Shown piece by piece: positions 46,961 through 56,763 of a stretch of DNA of 64,000 bases. The translations under genes and the position numbers were made by a program. Source of the DNA: Pontiella sp. (GTDB taxonomy: Bacteria; Verrucomicrobiota; Kiritimatiellia; Kiritimatiellales; Pontiellaceae); the NCBI GenBank assembly GCA_050290185.1, contig JBNKHE010000008.1:64001-128000 (forward strand), given 5' to 3'. The stretch's first letter is position 1, and each line of letters starts with the position of its first letter. Below the pieces are notes generated by a model. It saw nothing but the letters and a program-made list of their open reading frames with translations. It made no database searches and had not been told where the DNA came from.

Positions 46961-47652
46961 TGCGCGGTCAATCCTCCATATTGCTGATAGCATTGGTCGC
47001 CGTCCTCTTGCCGTGGGCGGCGAAAAGCCGGGTATTCCAGATCGTTGGCAATACGCGCGGTCGTTTGAATGTTGTCGGCCTGCCCTGGGAAGAGGCCTAC
47101 ACAACCACGATGAACGTCAACGGGCGTAAAAACGATGTGGTGGTTTATTCCGCGAACTATTCCGAGCCGGTTGCTGAGCAGTTGAAGGCCCAGTTTGAGC
47201 TGCAGGGTGCGACTGTGAAGATACGCAAGAGTCCGGATGGAGGGGCTATGGGGGTTGCCAAATGGGATGGCGGCGAAGCCCGCATTCTGGTGCTCGCGCC
47301 TGAAACCCCACCAAACCACCTGGTATTTTTGTTCTATCCTGAGGCGGAGGCTTCAAACAAACCGAAATCCCCGGTGCCGGAATATCCGCGCGGCCGCACC
47401 ACGAACACGGTGTTCAGCGAGGAGACCAAGGCGTTTTGTAAAACGCTTACGACGGAGGATTCGGTCATGCAGGTGCAGCGTTTTTATGTTGATGCGTTGG
47501 CTCGCGAGGGCTGGACGCCGGTACTGCCGATGCGGCTTTCTGGAGGAATGACCTATTTCCACCGGAAGGAGCAAACCTGCTGCGTGCTGGCGAGCAGACA
47601 TAATAACGGCGCGACAGTGGTGACGGTGCTTGTTAGGGATGTCGGGTTTTGA
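46957..47652 (+). CDS. Exported hypothetical protein in the Tad operon
   Basis: ATGA overlap with the previous gene; N-terminal hydrophobic segment; VQRFYVDALAREGW motif. Confidence 0.7.
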   Translation: MMRGQSSILLIALVAVLLPWAAKSRVFQIVGNTRGRLNVVGLPWEEAYTTTMNVNGRKNDVVVYSANYSEPVAEQLKAQFELQGATVKIRKSPDGGAMGVAKWDGGEARILVLAPETPPNHLVFLFYPEAEASNKPKSPVPEYPRGRTTNTVFSEETKAFCKTLTTEDSVMQVQRFYVDALAREGWTPVLPMRLSGGMTYFHRKEQTCCVLASRHNNGATVVTVLVRDVGF

Positions 47653-47680
47653 TACCTATTGGGAATATTGCGAGGTCTGT

Positions 47681-48472
47681 ATGAAGAATAAATTGATAAT
47701 GATTGTGGCGCTGTTGATGGCTGCCTTGGCATTCTGGTTGAACTGGAGCTATCTGAAGAAGCAAAAGGAAGATTTGCTCAAGGGCCATAAGACCATCAGG
47801 GTAATTGCGGCCAAGCAGGATCTTCCGGCCATGACGGTCTTAACCATTGCAGACCTCGGAGAGATCGAAGTATTTGAATCCTCCGTCGGGCAAAATGTTT
47901 TTCGTCAGGAAGATCTCAGTTCGCTGCTGGGTAAAAAACTGATTTATCCCGTGCGCAAGCGTGACCCAATTCTGTGGACGCAGGTCGACATGCCCCGCCG
48001 GCGGGGAAGCGGTCTTTCCGCGGCCGTTGAAAAGGGGAAGCGCGCCTTGTCGCTGGCCATATCGGGAGCACAGGGCGTTGCCGGCATGGTTCAGCCCAAC
48101 GATCACGTCGATATCATGGGTACCTTCACGTTCCCGTCGCCGACCAATCCCACGCAGGTTGAATCCGTCACCCTGATGCTGTTGCAGAATGTGACGGTGC
48201 TGGCCGCAGGCTCGCAGGTGGCGGGGCAGGCCGAAAACGGCCGGCGTTCCGGTGGGGGCTACAGCACCATCACCTTCTCGGTTAAGCCGATGGAGGCGGA
48301 GATCCTCGTCTTTGCCCAGCAGGCCCGCGGGCAGCTCTACCTGTCGCTTCGCAATCCGGACGACCGCAATGCCGAATCGGAAATTCCTTCCGTCAATTTC
48401 GACTATATTGAATCCATCCTCAAGCAGCTCAACGAGCAGCGTCAGCAGGAAATCCGCTCGGAGCCCCGATAA
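47681..48472 (+). CDS. cpaB: Flp pilus assembly protein CpaB/RcpC
   Basis: TM helix, SAF domain VIAAKQDLP, GKRALSL, GVAGMVQPNDHVD, LLQNVTVLA, LSLRNPDD. Confidence 0.92.
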   Translation: MKNKLIMIVALLMAALAFWLNWSYLKKQKEDLLKGHKTIRVIAAKQDLPAMTVLTIADLGEIEVFESSVGQNVFRQEDLSSLLGKKLIYPVRKRDPILWTQVDMPRRRGSGLSAAVEKGKRALSLAISGAQGVAGMVQPNDHVDIMGTFTFPSPTNPTQVESVTLMLLQNVTVLAAGSQVAGQAENGRRSGGGYSTITFSVKPMEAEILVFAQQARGQLYLSLRNPDDRNAESEIPSVNFDYIESILKQLNEQRQQEIRSEPR

Positions 48473-48477
48473 GTTCT

Positions 48478-50130
48478 ATGTCATCCATACTCCAGATTCT
48501 AATCAACCACGATCAGCGTGATCTCCAGACCCTCGATGCCAACTACGGGGTGTACCTGATTGGCGCGGACGCCTCATGCCGCATCGTACTTGATGATGGC
48601 AGCGTAGAGGATGCCCATGCCGTCCTGACCCTGATGGAGGATGAATCCTATATCGAGGATCTGATGGGGACGGGCGTTTTCGTGGCGGGCGAACGGATCA
48701 AGACCCGGAGGCAGGTTTTCCCCGATGTCCCGATGCAGATCGGCAACTATACCCTCGTGTTCAAGCCGGCAGGCGATGCCGGCCAGAGTCTAGTGGAAGC
48801 TCCGAAGTCCGTGGAGGAGGTCTTTAAGCCGCAGGTGCAGGAGCGCCACGTATCGCGTACTCAGGCCGTCAAGCAGCAGATCCATACCGAGCTGGTGGAT
48901 CGGCTGGATCTGAAGCGGTTGAGCATGAGCAAGTTTCAGGAAAGCGATCTGCAGAAGAAGATCCGCGCAACGCTCACGGAGATCATCGATGAAATCCGCT
49001 CGCGGCTGCCCGAGGGGATTGATCCGGACCGCCTGCTTAAGGAAATCTTTGATGAATCGGTCGGCCTCGGTCCGCTGGAAGACATGCTCGAGGATGAATC
49101 GATCACGGAAATCATGGTAAACGGTCCGAGCCAGGTTTATGTGGAGCGCTCCGGGCGGTTGGAACTGACCGACTGCACCTTTATCAGCGACACCTCGGTA
49201 AATTCGATCATTGAACGCATTGTATCTCCGATCGGACGGCGCATTGACGAAAGCCAGCCCTATGTAGATGCGCGTCTGGCTGATGGTTCCCGCGTGAACG
49301 CTATTATCCACCCGTTGTCGCTGGTGGGTCCATGCATCACGATCCGAAAGTTCTCCAAGGAGCCGTTCACGGTGAACGATCTCATCGGATTCGGGACGCT
49401 CAATGCCGAAATTGCCGAGTTTATGCGCGTCTGCGTGCTGCTGCGAAAAAACATTATTGTTTCGGGCGGTACGGGCTCCGGGAAGACCACACTGTTGAAT
49501 GTTCTTTCGAGCTACCTGCCCAGCAGCGAGCGCATTCTGACCATCGAGGATGCCGCCGAACTGCGCCTTACGCAGCAGCATATTGTCCGGCTGGAAGCCC
49601 GGCCGGCCAACATCGAGGGACGCGGTGCCATCACAATCCGCGACCTCGTGCGCAATGCGTTACGCATGCGCCCCGACCGCATTGTGGTGGGCGAGTGCCG
49701 CGGAGCCGAAGCGCTCGACATGCTGCAAGCCATGAATACCGGCCACGAAGGGTCGCTAACGACCATCCATGCCAACACCCCGCGCGATGCTCTGGCCCGT
49801 CTTGAAACAATGGTGCTGATGTCCGGCATGGATCTGCCCATCCGCGCCATCCGCGAGCAAGTGGCCTCGGCCGTGCATCTGGTTTGCCAGATTGCCCGCT
49901 TCAGCGACGGCTCGCGCCGCGTCAGCCGGATTACCGAGGTTACGGGCATGGAGCGTGACATGATCACGATGCAGGATCTGTTTGAATACAAGCAGACGGG
50001 TGTCGATGAAAACGGTCGCGTGCAGGGATATCTGCGTCCGACCGGAACCGTGCCGACATTTGTTGAGGAAATTGGTGTTCGCGGCATAAACTTTGATCGC
50101 AATATTTTTGATCCAAGGAAGGGGCGTTAA
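48478..50130 (+). CDS. cpaF: Tad pilus ATPase CpaF/TadA with N-terminal FHA-like domain
   Basis: GLGPLE, EIMVNG, Walker [36 protein letters not shown]. Confidence 0.95.
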   Translation: MSSILQILINHDQRDLQTLDANYGVYLIGADASCRIVLDDGSVEDAHAVLTLMEDESYIEDLMGTGVFVAGERIKTRRQVFPDVPMQIGNYTLVFKPAGDAGQSLVEAPKSVEEVFKPQVQERHVSRTQAVKQQIHTELVDRLDLKRLSMSKFQESDLQKKIRATLTEIIDEIRSRLPEGIDPDRLLKEIFDESVGLGPLEDMLEDESITEIMVNGPSQVYVERSGRLELTDCTFISDTSVNSIIERIVSPIGRRIDESQPYVDARLADGSRVNAIIHPLSLVGPCITIRKFSKEPFTVNDLIGFGTLNAEIAEFMRVCVLLRKNIIVSGGTGSGKTTLLNVLSSYLPSSERILTIEDAAELRLTQQHIVRLEARPANIEGRGAITIRDLVRNALRMRPDRIVVGECRGAEALDMLQAMNTGHEGSLTTIHANTPRDALARLETMVLMSGMDLPIRAIREQVASAVHLVCQIARFSDGSRRVSRITEVTGMERDMITMQDLFEYKQTGVDENGRVQGYLRPTGTVPTFVEEIGVRGINFDRNIFDPRKGR

Positions 50131-50133
50131 TTC

Positions 50134-51009
50134 GTGTTCTGGCTGGTTCCATCCCTGTTTGCCGTCTGTACCGCGATGCTTGTGTATGTATTGCTGGTGG
50201 CTTTGCGCGATGCGGAAGAGGAGCACGTCACCGAATACTCGGCCAACACGGCCCGACAGCTCGAAGATATGTTCCTGTTCATTCCGCCGGAGCAAATCCG
50301 CCGTCTGACCCATATTACGGCCCTCGTGGTCTTCCTGCTTTTGTTCATGGTGGCCGGTAGCATGATCTCGCTGACCGGCGTGATTCGGGGCGGTGCCGCC
50401 GGTGCGGTGGGTGCGGCGGTCGTCTATGTGCTGCCCCTCCTCATTCTGAAGATCATGAAACGCCGCCGGCTAGAGCAGTTCAACGCACAGCTGTCCGGCG
50501 CACTCAACGGGATGAGCAATGCACTCAAGGCCGGATTCAGCATTCAACAGGCCTTTGACACCGTAGTCAAAGAGGGGGAAATGCCCATTGCCCAGGAATT
50601 CGGCATGTTCCTGCAACAGTTGCGCGTGGGCGTGCAGTTTGAAGATGCGATGGATCAGATGGACAAACGGGTCGGCAGCGAGGACCTTACCCTGATGCTC
50701 CAGTCCATCGAGATCGCCCGGCAGACTGGCGGCAACCTGACCGAGGTGTTCGACCGCATCGACGAAACCATTCGCGAACGTCAGCGCATCGAAGGCAAGA
50801 TCAAGTCCTTGACCGCGCAGGGCAGGATTCAGGGCCGCGTGGTAGGCGCCATGCCGTTCGTGCTGGGTGTGGTTTTGTATTTGCTCGATCCCGGCATGAT
50901 GATGACCTTTTTCCGGTCGGTATGGGGCATCGGTGCCCTGTGCCTTATTCTTGTGATGGAAGTCCTGGGAGCGTATTTCATTCGGCGAATTGTGGATATC
51001 GACGTATAG
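50134..51009 (+). CDS. tadB: Tad platform protein TadB
   Basis: T2SSF-type domain, LKAGFS, QTGGNL, SLTAQGR. Confidence 0.9.
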   Translation: MFWLVPSLFAVCTAMLVYVLLVALRDAEEEHVTEYSANTARQLEDMFLFIPPEQIRRLTHITALVVFLLLFMVAGSMISLTGVIRGGAAGAVGAAVVYVLPLLILKIMKRRRLEQFNAQLSGALNGMSNALKAGFSIQQAFDTVVKEGEMPIAQEFGMFLQQLRVGVQFEDAMDQMDKRVGSEDLTLMLQSIEIARQTGGNLTEVFDRIDETIRERQRIEGKIKSLTAQGRIQGRVVGAMPFVLGVVLYLLDPGMMMTFFRSVWGIGALCLILVMEVLGAYFIRRIVDIDV

Positions 51010-51010
51010 C

Positions 51011-51943
51011 ATGGACACATTTATTACATTTGGAATCAGCCTGATGCTTTGCCTTTCCGTGGGTGCGGTGGCCTGGATATTCACCGGCGCGGCGCGGGAT
51101 GTCACCTATGTCACGCTGGCCGATGGACGCCGTCAGGAGCGGTATCTTCCGATCATTATCCGGGCCACCCTTCCGCTTTGCATCTTTGTGCCGCTGGCTT
51201 TCACGAATCTCGGTCTGTTCGAAGACAGCCGCGAACGCCTCAAACGAAAACTGGTTTCAGCGGGTTACGAAGGGTTGATCAAGCCGGGCGAAGTCATTGC
51301 CTTGCGGGTCATGGTACCGCTGGTGATGGGCGGTCTGATGTGCGGGCTGCTCTTTTTTGCGTTTCCCAGAATACCGGAAGCCATGGGCAAATGGTTGCAG
51401 GAACGGCAGTTCTTTCTCTATTTCTTTGTGTTCTTGTTTTTTGGGTTCTATCCCGACGCGTGGTTGAAGCATGCGGTCAAGATGCGGCATAGGAGCATCG
51501 AGCGCGCGCTGCCGTTCGTACTCGACCTGCTGACGTTGTCGGTCGAGTCCGGCCTCGACTTCATGAGCGGCATGAACCGCATCATCGCCCATCGCGACAT
51601 CGATGCTCTGGGCGAAGAACTCATCCGGGTCTTCCGCGAAATCCAGGTAGGCCGGTCACGCAAGGAGGCCTTGCGGAACATGGCGATCCGGGTGAATCAC
51701 TCGGATATCCGCGCGCTGTCCAGTGCGCTGATCCAGGCGGATGAACTGGGCACGGGCATCGGCCATGCTTTGCGAATCCAGGCCGATCAGGTGCGGACCA
51801 AGCGCTTCCAGCGTGCGGAAAAAATGGGCAACGAAGCCCCGGTCAAGTTGTTGTTTCCGCTGGTGGCTTTTATATTCCCGTCGGTACTTATTGTCCTGAT
51901 GGGGCCGTTGATCCTGCAGGTTGTGATTCGCGGAGGATTTTAA
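51011..51943 (+). CDS. tadC: Tad platform protein TadC
   Basis: LPFVLDLLTLSVESGL, LIQADELGT, APVKLLFPL, FIFP. Confidence 0.92.
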   Translation: MDTFITFGISLMLCLSVGAVAWIFTGAARDVTYVTLADGRRQERYLPIIIRATLPLCIFVPLAFTNLGLFEDSRERLKRKLVSAGYEGLIKPGEVIALRVMVPLVMGGLMCGLLFFAFPRIPEAMGKWLQERQFFLYFFVFLFFGFYPDAWLKHAVKMRHRSIERALPFVLDLLTLSVESGLDFMSGMNRIIAHRDIDALGEELIRVFREIQVGRSRKEALRNMAIRVNHSDIRALSSALIQADELGTGIGHALRIQADQVRTKRFQRAEKMGNEAPVKLLFPLVAFIFPSVLIVLMGPLILQVVIRGGF

Positions 51944-52066
51944 ATTGTTGAATTCCGGTTTTCGATTGACGGTTTACGGGAGGGCAACGCTTGTTACAAG
52001 GTAGCGTCGGCGTAGCCACCCGATAAATCAAAAGCCGAAAATCAAACATCGAACATAGGTAGAGCA

Positions 52067-53368
52067 ATGTCTCATTTAATCATTGAACAGGGTAAAGAGG
52101 TCGGGAAGGAGATTTCGGTTCCGGCTTCAGGTATCAAGTTTGGCCGTTCGCCGGCAAACGATCTGGTGCTTGAGGATGAAGTACTGATGTTGTTTCAGGG
52201 ACGTTTCTTCTTCAAGTCCGACGGAACGCTTTGGATTACCGACTTCAGTGTGGGTGAAAAATCGCATATCGGTGGTGTGCCGATTGATGAACAACAGTTG
52301 AAGGTGGGTGATCTGGTGGAGGTCGGCTCCACCGCCTTCCGCGTCATCAGTACTCGACAGGGCGAAGGCGCTGCTCCGGCGCCACTGCCGGTGGTCAAGG
52401 ACGAGAAGATTGATCTCGGATTCAAGCCTGCGGCAAAGACGCATCGCGACAGTCCGGCAAAAAGCCACGAAAAGCATGCGTCCCCGATCTTTCGTATCCT
52501 GCAGGTGCTCGTGATCGTGCTTATTCTTCTGCTGGTTGTGGTGGGGGCCACGGAAGTCATGCGTTCCAAAAAAAGTTCCGGCAACGGGGTTCGGATGAAG
52601 GGGATATTCTTCAACTATGAATTTGTGCATGGCAGCGGCCGCAATATTTTCCGGTATACGGTGGATCTGACGCCGGATGGGGTGGTCACGCTCAGGGCAG
52701 ACGATGTGCGCAGCCGCCAATTCAGCAAATCAGCTCAATTGTCTGCTGAAGAGCTGGCCACGCTCAAGCGCCGAATTGAAAACAGCGACTTCTTCAAGGT
52801 TACGTCCGATCACGTGGGCAAGACGTCTAACGATCAATATGACTTGTGTGACATTGCGCTGGGCTGCGACGGCCAATTCAATCATGTCCGGGTGCTTAAT
52901 CGCGAAATTCCGGCCGATGTGCGGCAACTCAAGAATACGCTCGAGGACTATGCATTCGATGTGCTTGATGTTTCGCAGACGCTGCTGAAGGATGACAGCG
53001 AGCTGATTGAATTATCGAAGGAAGCCTATCGCGTTGCCGAAACCTTTTACCGTGAGCGCGCGACCAGCTATGACAATCTGGCCCAATGCATCAAGCACCT
53101 CCATGAATCGGTCAACTTTCTCGAAACCATCGAGCCGAAGCCGGAGCCTTACGGGAAAGCCACGGACCTGCTGGCGAAAGCCGTGGTTGAACAGAGTGAG
53201 CGTTACAAGGAATACATGTTCCTCGTCGACAAGGCCATGCGCATCTCCGAATGGGAAGTCGCCCGGCGCAATCTGCAGATCTGTTCGCAAATTATTTCGG
53301 ACCGTTCGGATGTGCGTAATGAAATCATTTCCAAGAAAACGCTTGAGGTGGAGGACAAACTGAGATGA
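52067..53368 (+). CDS. FHA-domain transmembrane protein with periplasmic and TPR-like helical region
   Basis: FGRSPANDLVL...LKVGDLVEVG FHA; one TM helix; helical C-terminus. Confidence 0.8.
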   Translation: MSHLIIEQGKEVGKEISVPASGIKFGRSPANDLVLEDEVLMLFQGRFFFKSDGTLWITDFSVGEKSHIGGVPIDEQQLKVGDLVEVGSTAFRVISTRQGEGAAPAPLPVVKDEKIDLGFKPAAKTHRDSPAKSHEKHASPIFRILQVLVIVLILLLVVVGATEVMRSKKSSGNGVRMKGIFFNYEFVHGSGRNIFRYTVDLTPDGVVTLRADDVRSRQFSKSAQLSAEELATLKRRIENSDFFKVTSDHVGKTSNDQYDLCDIALGCDGQFNHVRVLNREIPADVRQLKNTLEDYAFDVLDVSQTLLKDDSELIELSKEAYRVAETFYRERATSYDNLAQCIKHLHESVNFLETIEPKPEPYGKATDLLAKAVVEQSERYKEYMFLVDKAMRISEWEVARRNLQICSQIISDRSDVRNEIISKKTLEVEDKLR

Positions 53369-54765
53369 AGGCGGCCATGAAACAATCAAACAAGGAAAGC
53401 ATGGCGACATTCAGCCGCTGGTTATGTGCCGCAATGGCCCTGCTACTGACCGCTTGCGGACCGGGCAAGGGGAGCGTTACCATTACCTCCACACCCACCG
53501 ATGCCACCATTACGGTAAACGGAGTATCGAAGGGAACCACGCCGGCAACGCTGGAAGAGCTGCCACCTGGCCAATATGTGATCGAAGTGCAGAAAGAGGG
53601 ATATGACACGGCGTACAAAACCGTGGCCCTGTTGGATAAGCAGAAGCTCAATATCGAGTTGGATCTGCCGCAGACCATGGGATTGCTGCTGGTAGATTCT
53701 GTTCCGCAAGGAGTCGATGTCCTGATGGATGGTGTGTCCAAAGGGAAGACCCCCTTGCTGCTCACCGAACTTGGATTTGGGAGCTATAAACTGGATTTTA
53801 AGTCACCCATTCACCTGCCGCTCACCATGCAGGCCGATCTGGTTGACCGGAAGCCCGTGCGGGTTTGCGCTGAACTGACTTCCAACACCGCCACGTTGGT
53901 TCTCGACTCCAAGCCCGCCGGTGCTGATGTACTCATCAACGGTGTAGTACGCGGAACCACACCCGTTACGCTGGATGATGTGGTGGTCGGGAAAGCCGAT
54001 GTCAAAGTGGCCAAGGTCGGCTACAAACCGTATGCCCGCCAGATGGATCTGGAGGCTACCGGAAACTATGAAATTACCGCCGAGCTGGAGGCGTTGCCGT
54101 CAGGCCTGACAGTGGACACAAAACCGGCGGGTGCTGCCGTGACCATCGATGGCCAGCCCGTTGGAAGCTCACCGCTGACCGTCAATGTGGCGGACGGCTC
54201 CCGCGAGGTGAAAATCGTCCTCATGGGCTATGAAACCGTGAAGACCAACATGGTGCTCAAACCCAACGTGATTGAGCCGCTTGAGCTTGATCTCGTGAAG
54301 AACAGTGGCACGCTCGTGCTCGACACCGAGCCGGCGGATGTAAAGGTGTACATCAATGGCGAGCTGTATGCCACCACCGAGCCGAAGGGCGGAATGGATT
54401 CCATGTCGAAGCCGATTAATATTCTGCTTACAGCCGGCGTCGACCACACTATCCAGCTGGTGCACGGAGGGTATGCTGCAACCACCTTTACACTGCAGAC
54501 TGAATTGGATCAGCTGGTTACCCGCCATGAAGCACTTAAAAGGATCTTTGTCCGCGACACGATGATCACCACCAAGACGGAGGTCATCAAATGCCGTTTG
54601 GAATACAAACTGCCCAACGGCAATATGTACTTCGAGCGGTTCCCGGGCGTCTACGATACCGTCAAGGCCGAAGACATTGTCGATGTCCAATCTCTCGGGC
54701 TCGACGACGAAAGCAACCGCGAAGCCCGCCGTTTGCTGGAGCTGAACAAGCAAGTCTCGCCGTAA
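53365..54765 (+). CDS. Multi-PEGA-domain lipoprotein
   Basis: LLTAC lipobox; about five S/T-x-P...V...G.TP...GY repeats; ATGA coupling to the previous gene. Confidence 0.88.
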   Translation: MKAAMKQSNKESMATFSRWLCAAMALLLTACGPGKGSVTITSTPTDATITVNGVSKGTTPATLEELPPGQYVIEVQKEGYDTAYKTVALLDKQKLNIELDLPQTMGLLLVDSVPQGVDVLMDGVSKGKTPLLLTELGFGSYKLDFKSPIHLPLTMQADLVDRKPVRVCAELTSNTATLVLDSKPAGADVLINGVVRGTTPVTLDDVVVGKADVKVAKVGYKPYARQMDLEATGNYEITAELEALPSGLTVDTKPAGAAVTIDGQPVGSSPLTVNVADGSREVKIVLMGYETVKTNMVLKPNVIEPLELDLVKNSGTLVLDTEPADVKVYINGELYATTEPKGGMDSMSKPINILLTAGVDHTIQLVHGGYAATTFTLQTELDQLVTRHEALKRIFVRDTMITTKTEVIKCRLEYKLPNGNMYFERFPGVYDTVKAEDIVDVQSLGLDDESNREARRLLELNKQVSP

Positions 54766-54821
54766 TGATCGGCTGATTATCCAAGTCACGAAAAGCCCGT
54801 ACTTGCGCCGGCAAAGTGGGC

Positions 54822-55166
54822 TTATTCTTTTTCGGTCAATTGGTCGCCGGCATGAAGCTCTTTCAGAGCCCCTGCTGCGGTTTCCAGAACGCAATGGGTT
54901 TTGCGGGGAGCCCAGCCCAGCGCCCACGGACGAAGGTTTCTAGAAATCTTCAGCACGCACAGATCGACATCCAGAAAAGCGGCGTCGATGGGAAAGCGCA
55001 TAAACCACATGTGGATGCTTCGGCAGGGACGGATCAGCAGACCGGTGTCGCTCGACAGGCTGTCCCTGCCGAGCAGGCCCCGCATACGGTCCGTGGCGGA
55101 TTCCGCCGTGAGCAGCTTTTTCACTACGGCGTTACCGTTGGCCTGATTGATCAAAATGCGTGACAT
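54822..55166 (-). CDS. DUF192 family protein
   Basis: RMRGLLGR, IHMWFMRFPID, VLE motifs. Confidence 0.88.
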   Translation of the reverse strand: MSRILINQANGNAVVKKLLTAESATDRMRGLLGRDSLSSDTGLLIRPCRSIHMWFMRFPIDAAFLDVDLCVLKISRNLRPWALGWAPRKTHCVLETAAGALKELHAGDQLTEKE

Positions 55167-55217
55167 GACCTACAAAATCCTAAATTCTGGGACGTCATTC
55201 AAGTTTAAGGAACAACT

Positions 55218-56099
55218 ATGGCACTCAAGAGCATGACAGGTTTTGGCGAGGGTTCGGCATCCGCTTCCGGTATCAAGGTGGTGGTTGAGCTTAGTTCCGT
55301 CAACCGCAAGCAACTCGACATCAACATTAATCTTCCCCGCAATCTGGTGACCCTCGATGCCCAGGTGCAGAACATGGTCCGCAGCGAGTTTTCCCGGGGA
55401 CGTGTGTCGGGCATCGTCAAGGTCGATGCCACCAACGGGTTTGCCGGTACGGTCACCATCGATGACAAGCTGGCGGCGAAATATATTGAAGGATTGCGCA
55501 AAACCGCGGGCAAGCTGAAACTGGATGACGACCTCGGTGCGGAAACGATTGCCCGGTTGCCGGGCATCGTGACGGTGGATCAGGCCAATCTGGACGCCGA
55601 TCACGTATCGGCCGTACTGGAAAAGGCGATGGGCGCCGCCTTGCGCGGGCTCGCCCGGATGCGGCTGGCCGAAGGCAAGGCGCTGGCTGCCGATTTCCGG
55701 GAACGCGTGGATTTGCTTGATGGCATGGTTACGTCTATCGGGCAGTTCGCTCCGAACGTGGTGGCCAGCTATCGCGACAAGTTGCACCAGCGCCTGCAGG
55801 AGGCCGGCCTTGAAAATTTGGCCGGGGACGAGCGGGTGATCAAGGAAGTGGCCTTGTTTGCCGACCGTTGCGATATCAGCGAAGAACTCACGCGTCTGAA
55901 AAGCCATCTGAAACAGGTCCGGCAACTGCTGCGGTCGTCCGAGCCGGTGGGGCGTACGCTCGACTTCCTGTGCCAGGAATTGTTCCGCGAAATCAACACC
56001 GTCGGCTCCAAGGCAAACGAGGTGGAGATTACGCGTCATGTCGTAGCCTTCAAAACGGAACTGGAGCGTATCCGTGAACAGGTCCAGAATATCGAATAG
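55218..56099 (+). CDS. yicC: YicC/YloC family endoribonuclease
   Basis: SMTGFG, SVNRK, DISEELTRL, GRTLDF, REINTVGSK, REQVQNIE. Confidence 0.95.
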   Translation: MALKSMTGFGEGSASASGIKVVVELSSVNRKQLDININLPRNLVTLDAQVQNMVRSEFSRGRVSGIVKVDATNGFAGTVTIDDKLAAKYIEGLRKTAGKLKLDDDLGAETIARLPGIVTVDQANLDADHVSAVLEKAMGAALRGLARMRLAEGKALAADFRERVDLLDGMVTSIGQFAPNVVASYRDKLHQRLQEAGLENLAGDERVIKEVALFADRCDISEELTRLKSHLKQVRQLLRSSEPVGRTLDFLCQELFREINTVGSKANEVEITRHVVAFKTELERIREQVQNIE

Positions 56100-56108
56100 G
56101 GAAACGCC

Positions 56109-56750
56109 ATGGCCAAGCATGATTTGATAGAAGAATCCCCCCTGGCGCCACGCCCGTCCCGTCCATTGTTGATTGTGGTATCGGCCCCGTCCGGAGCGGG
56201 AAAGAGTACGCTGTGCGACCGGCTGGTTGCCGAATTCCAGAAGATCGTCTATTCCGTCTCCTGCACCACCCGCAATCCGCGGGGCCAGGAAAAGGACGGT
56301 GTGCACTACTATTTCCTTTCCAAGAAGGAATTTAAAGCACGCGTGAAAAACGGGGAGTTTCTGGAGCACGCCAAGGTGCACGGCAACTTTTACGGCACGC
56401 TCGAAGACACGGTGCTGTTCGCGATGGAGGAGGGACGCCATGTCCTGCTCGATATCGACGTGCAGGGGGCGCAACAGATCCGCGATTCGCTTTTTCGACT
56501 CGATCCGCGCCATCCCATCCGCCGCGGCTTCATAGACATCTTCATCTCACCGCCTTCGTACGAGGAACTGGAGAGCCGGTTGCGCGGTCGCGCCACTGAT
56601 AACGATCATGTCATCAAGAAGCGCCTCGAAAACGCCAAGGCCGAAATGGAGCACGCCTCCGAATACGGTCATCAGATCGTTAACGATGAGCTGGAAAAAG
56701 CCTACGCCGACCTTAAGACCATCATCCTCTCGGCGCTGGGGCTGGAGTAG
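56109..56750 (+). CDS. gmk: Guanylate kinase
   Basis: SAPSGAGKST, TTRNPR, YGT, DIDVQG. Confidence 0.96.
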   Translation: MAKHDLIEESPLAPRPSRPLLIVVSAPSGAGKSTLCDRLVAEFQKIVYSVSCTTRNPRGQEKDGVHYYFLSKKEFKARVKNGEFLEHAKVHGNFYGTLEDTVLFAMEEGRHVLLDIDVQGAQQIRDSLFRLDPRHPIRRGFIDIFISPPSYEELESRLRGRATDNDHVIKKRLENAKAEMEHASEYGHQIVNDELEKAYADLKTIILSALGLE

Positions 56751-56763
56751 CTTTGATCAAGGG

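Noticed and set aside
51960..52025. Structured RNA upstream of the FHA-TM gene
   Set aside because: Short imperfect stems only, with no recognisable family.
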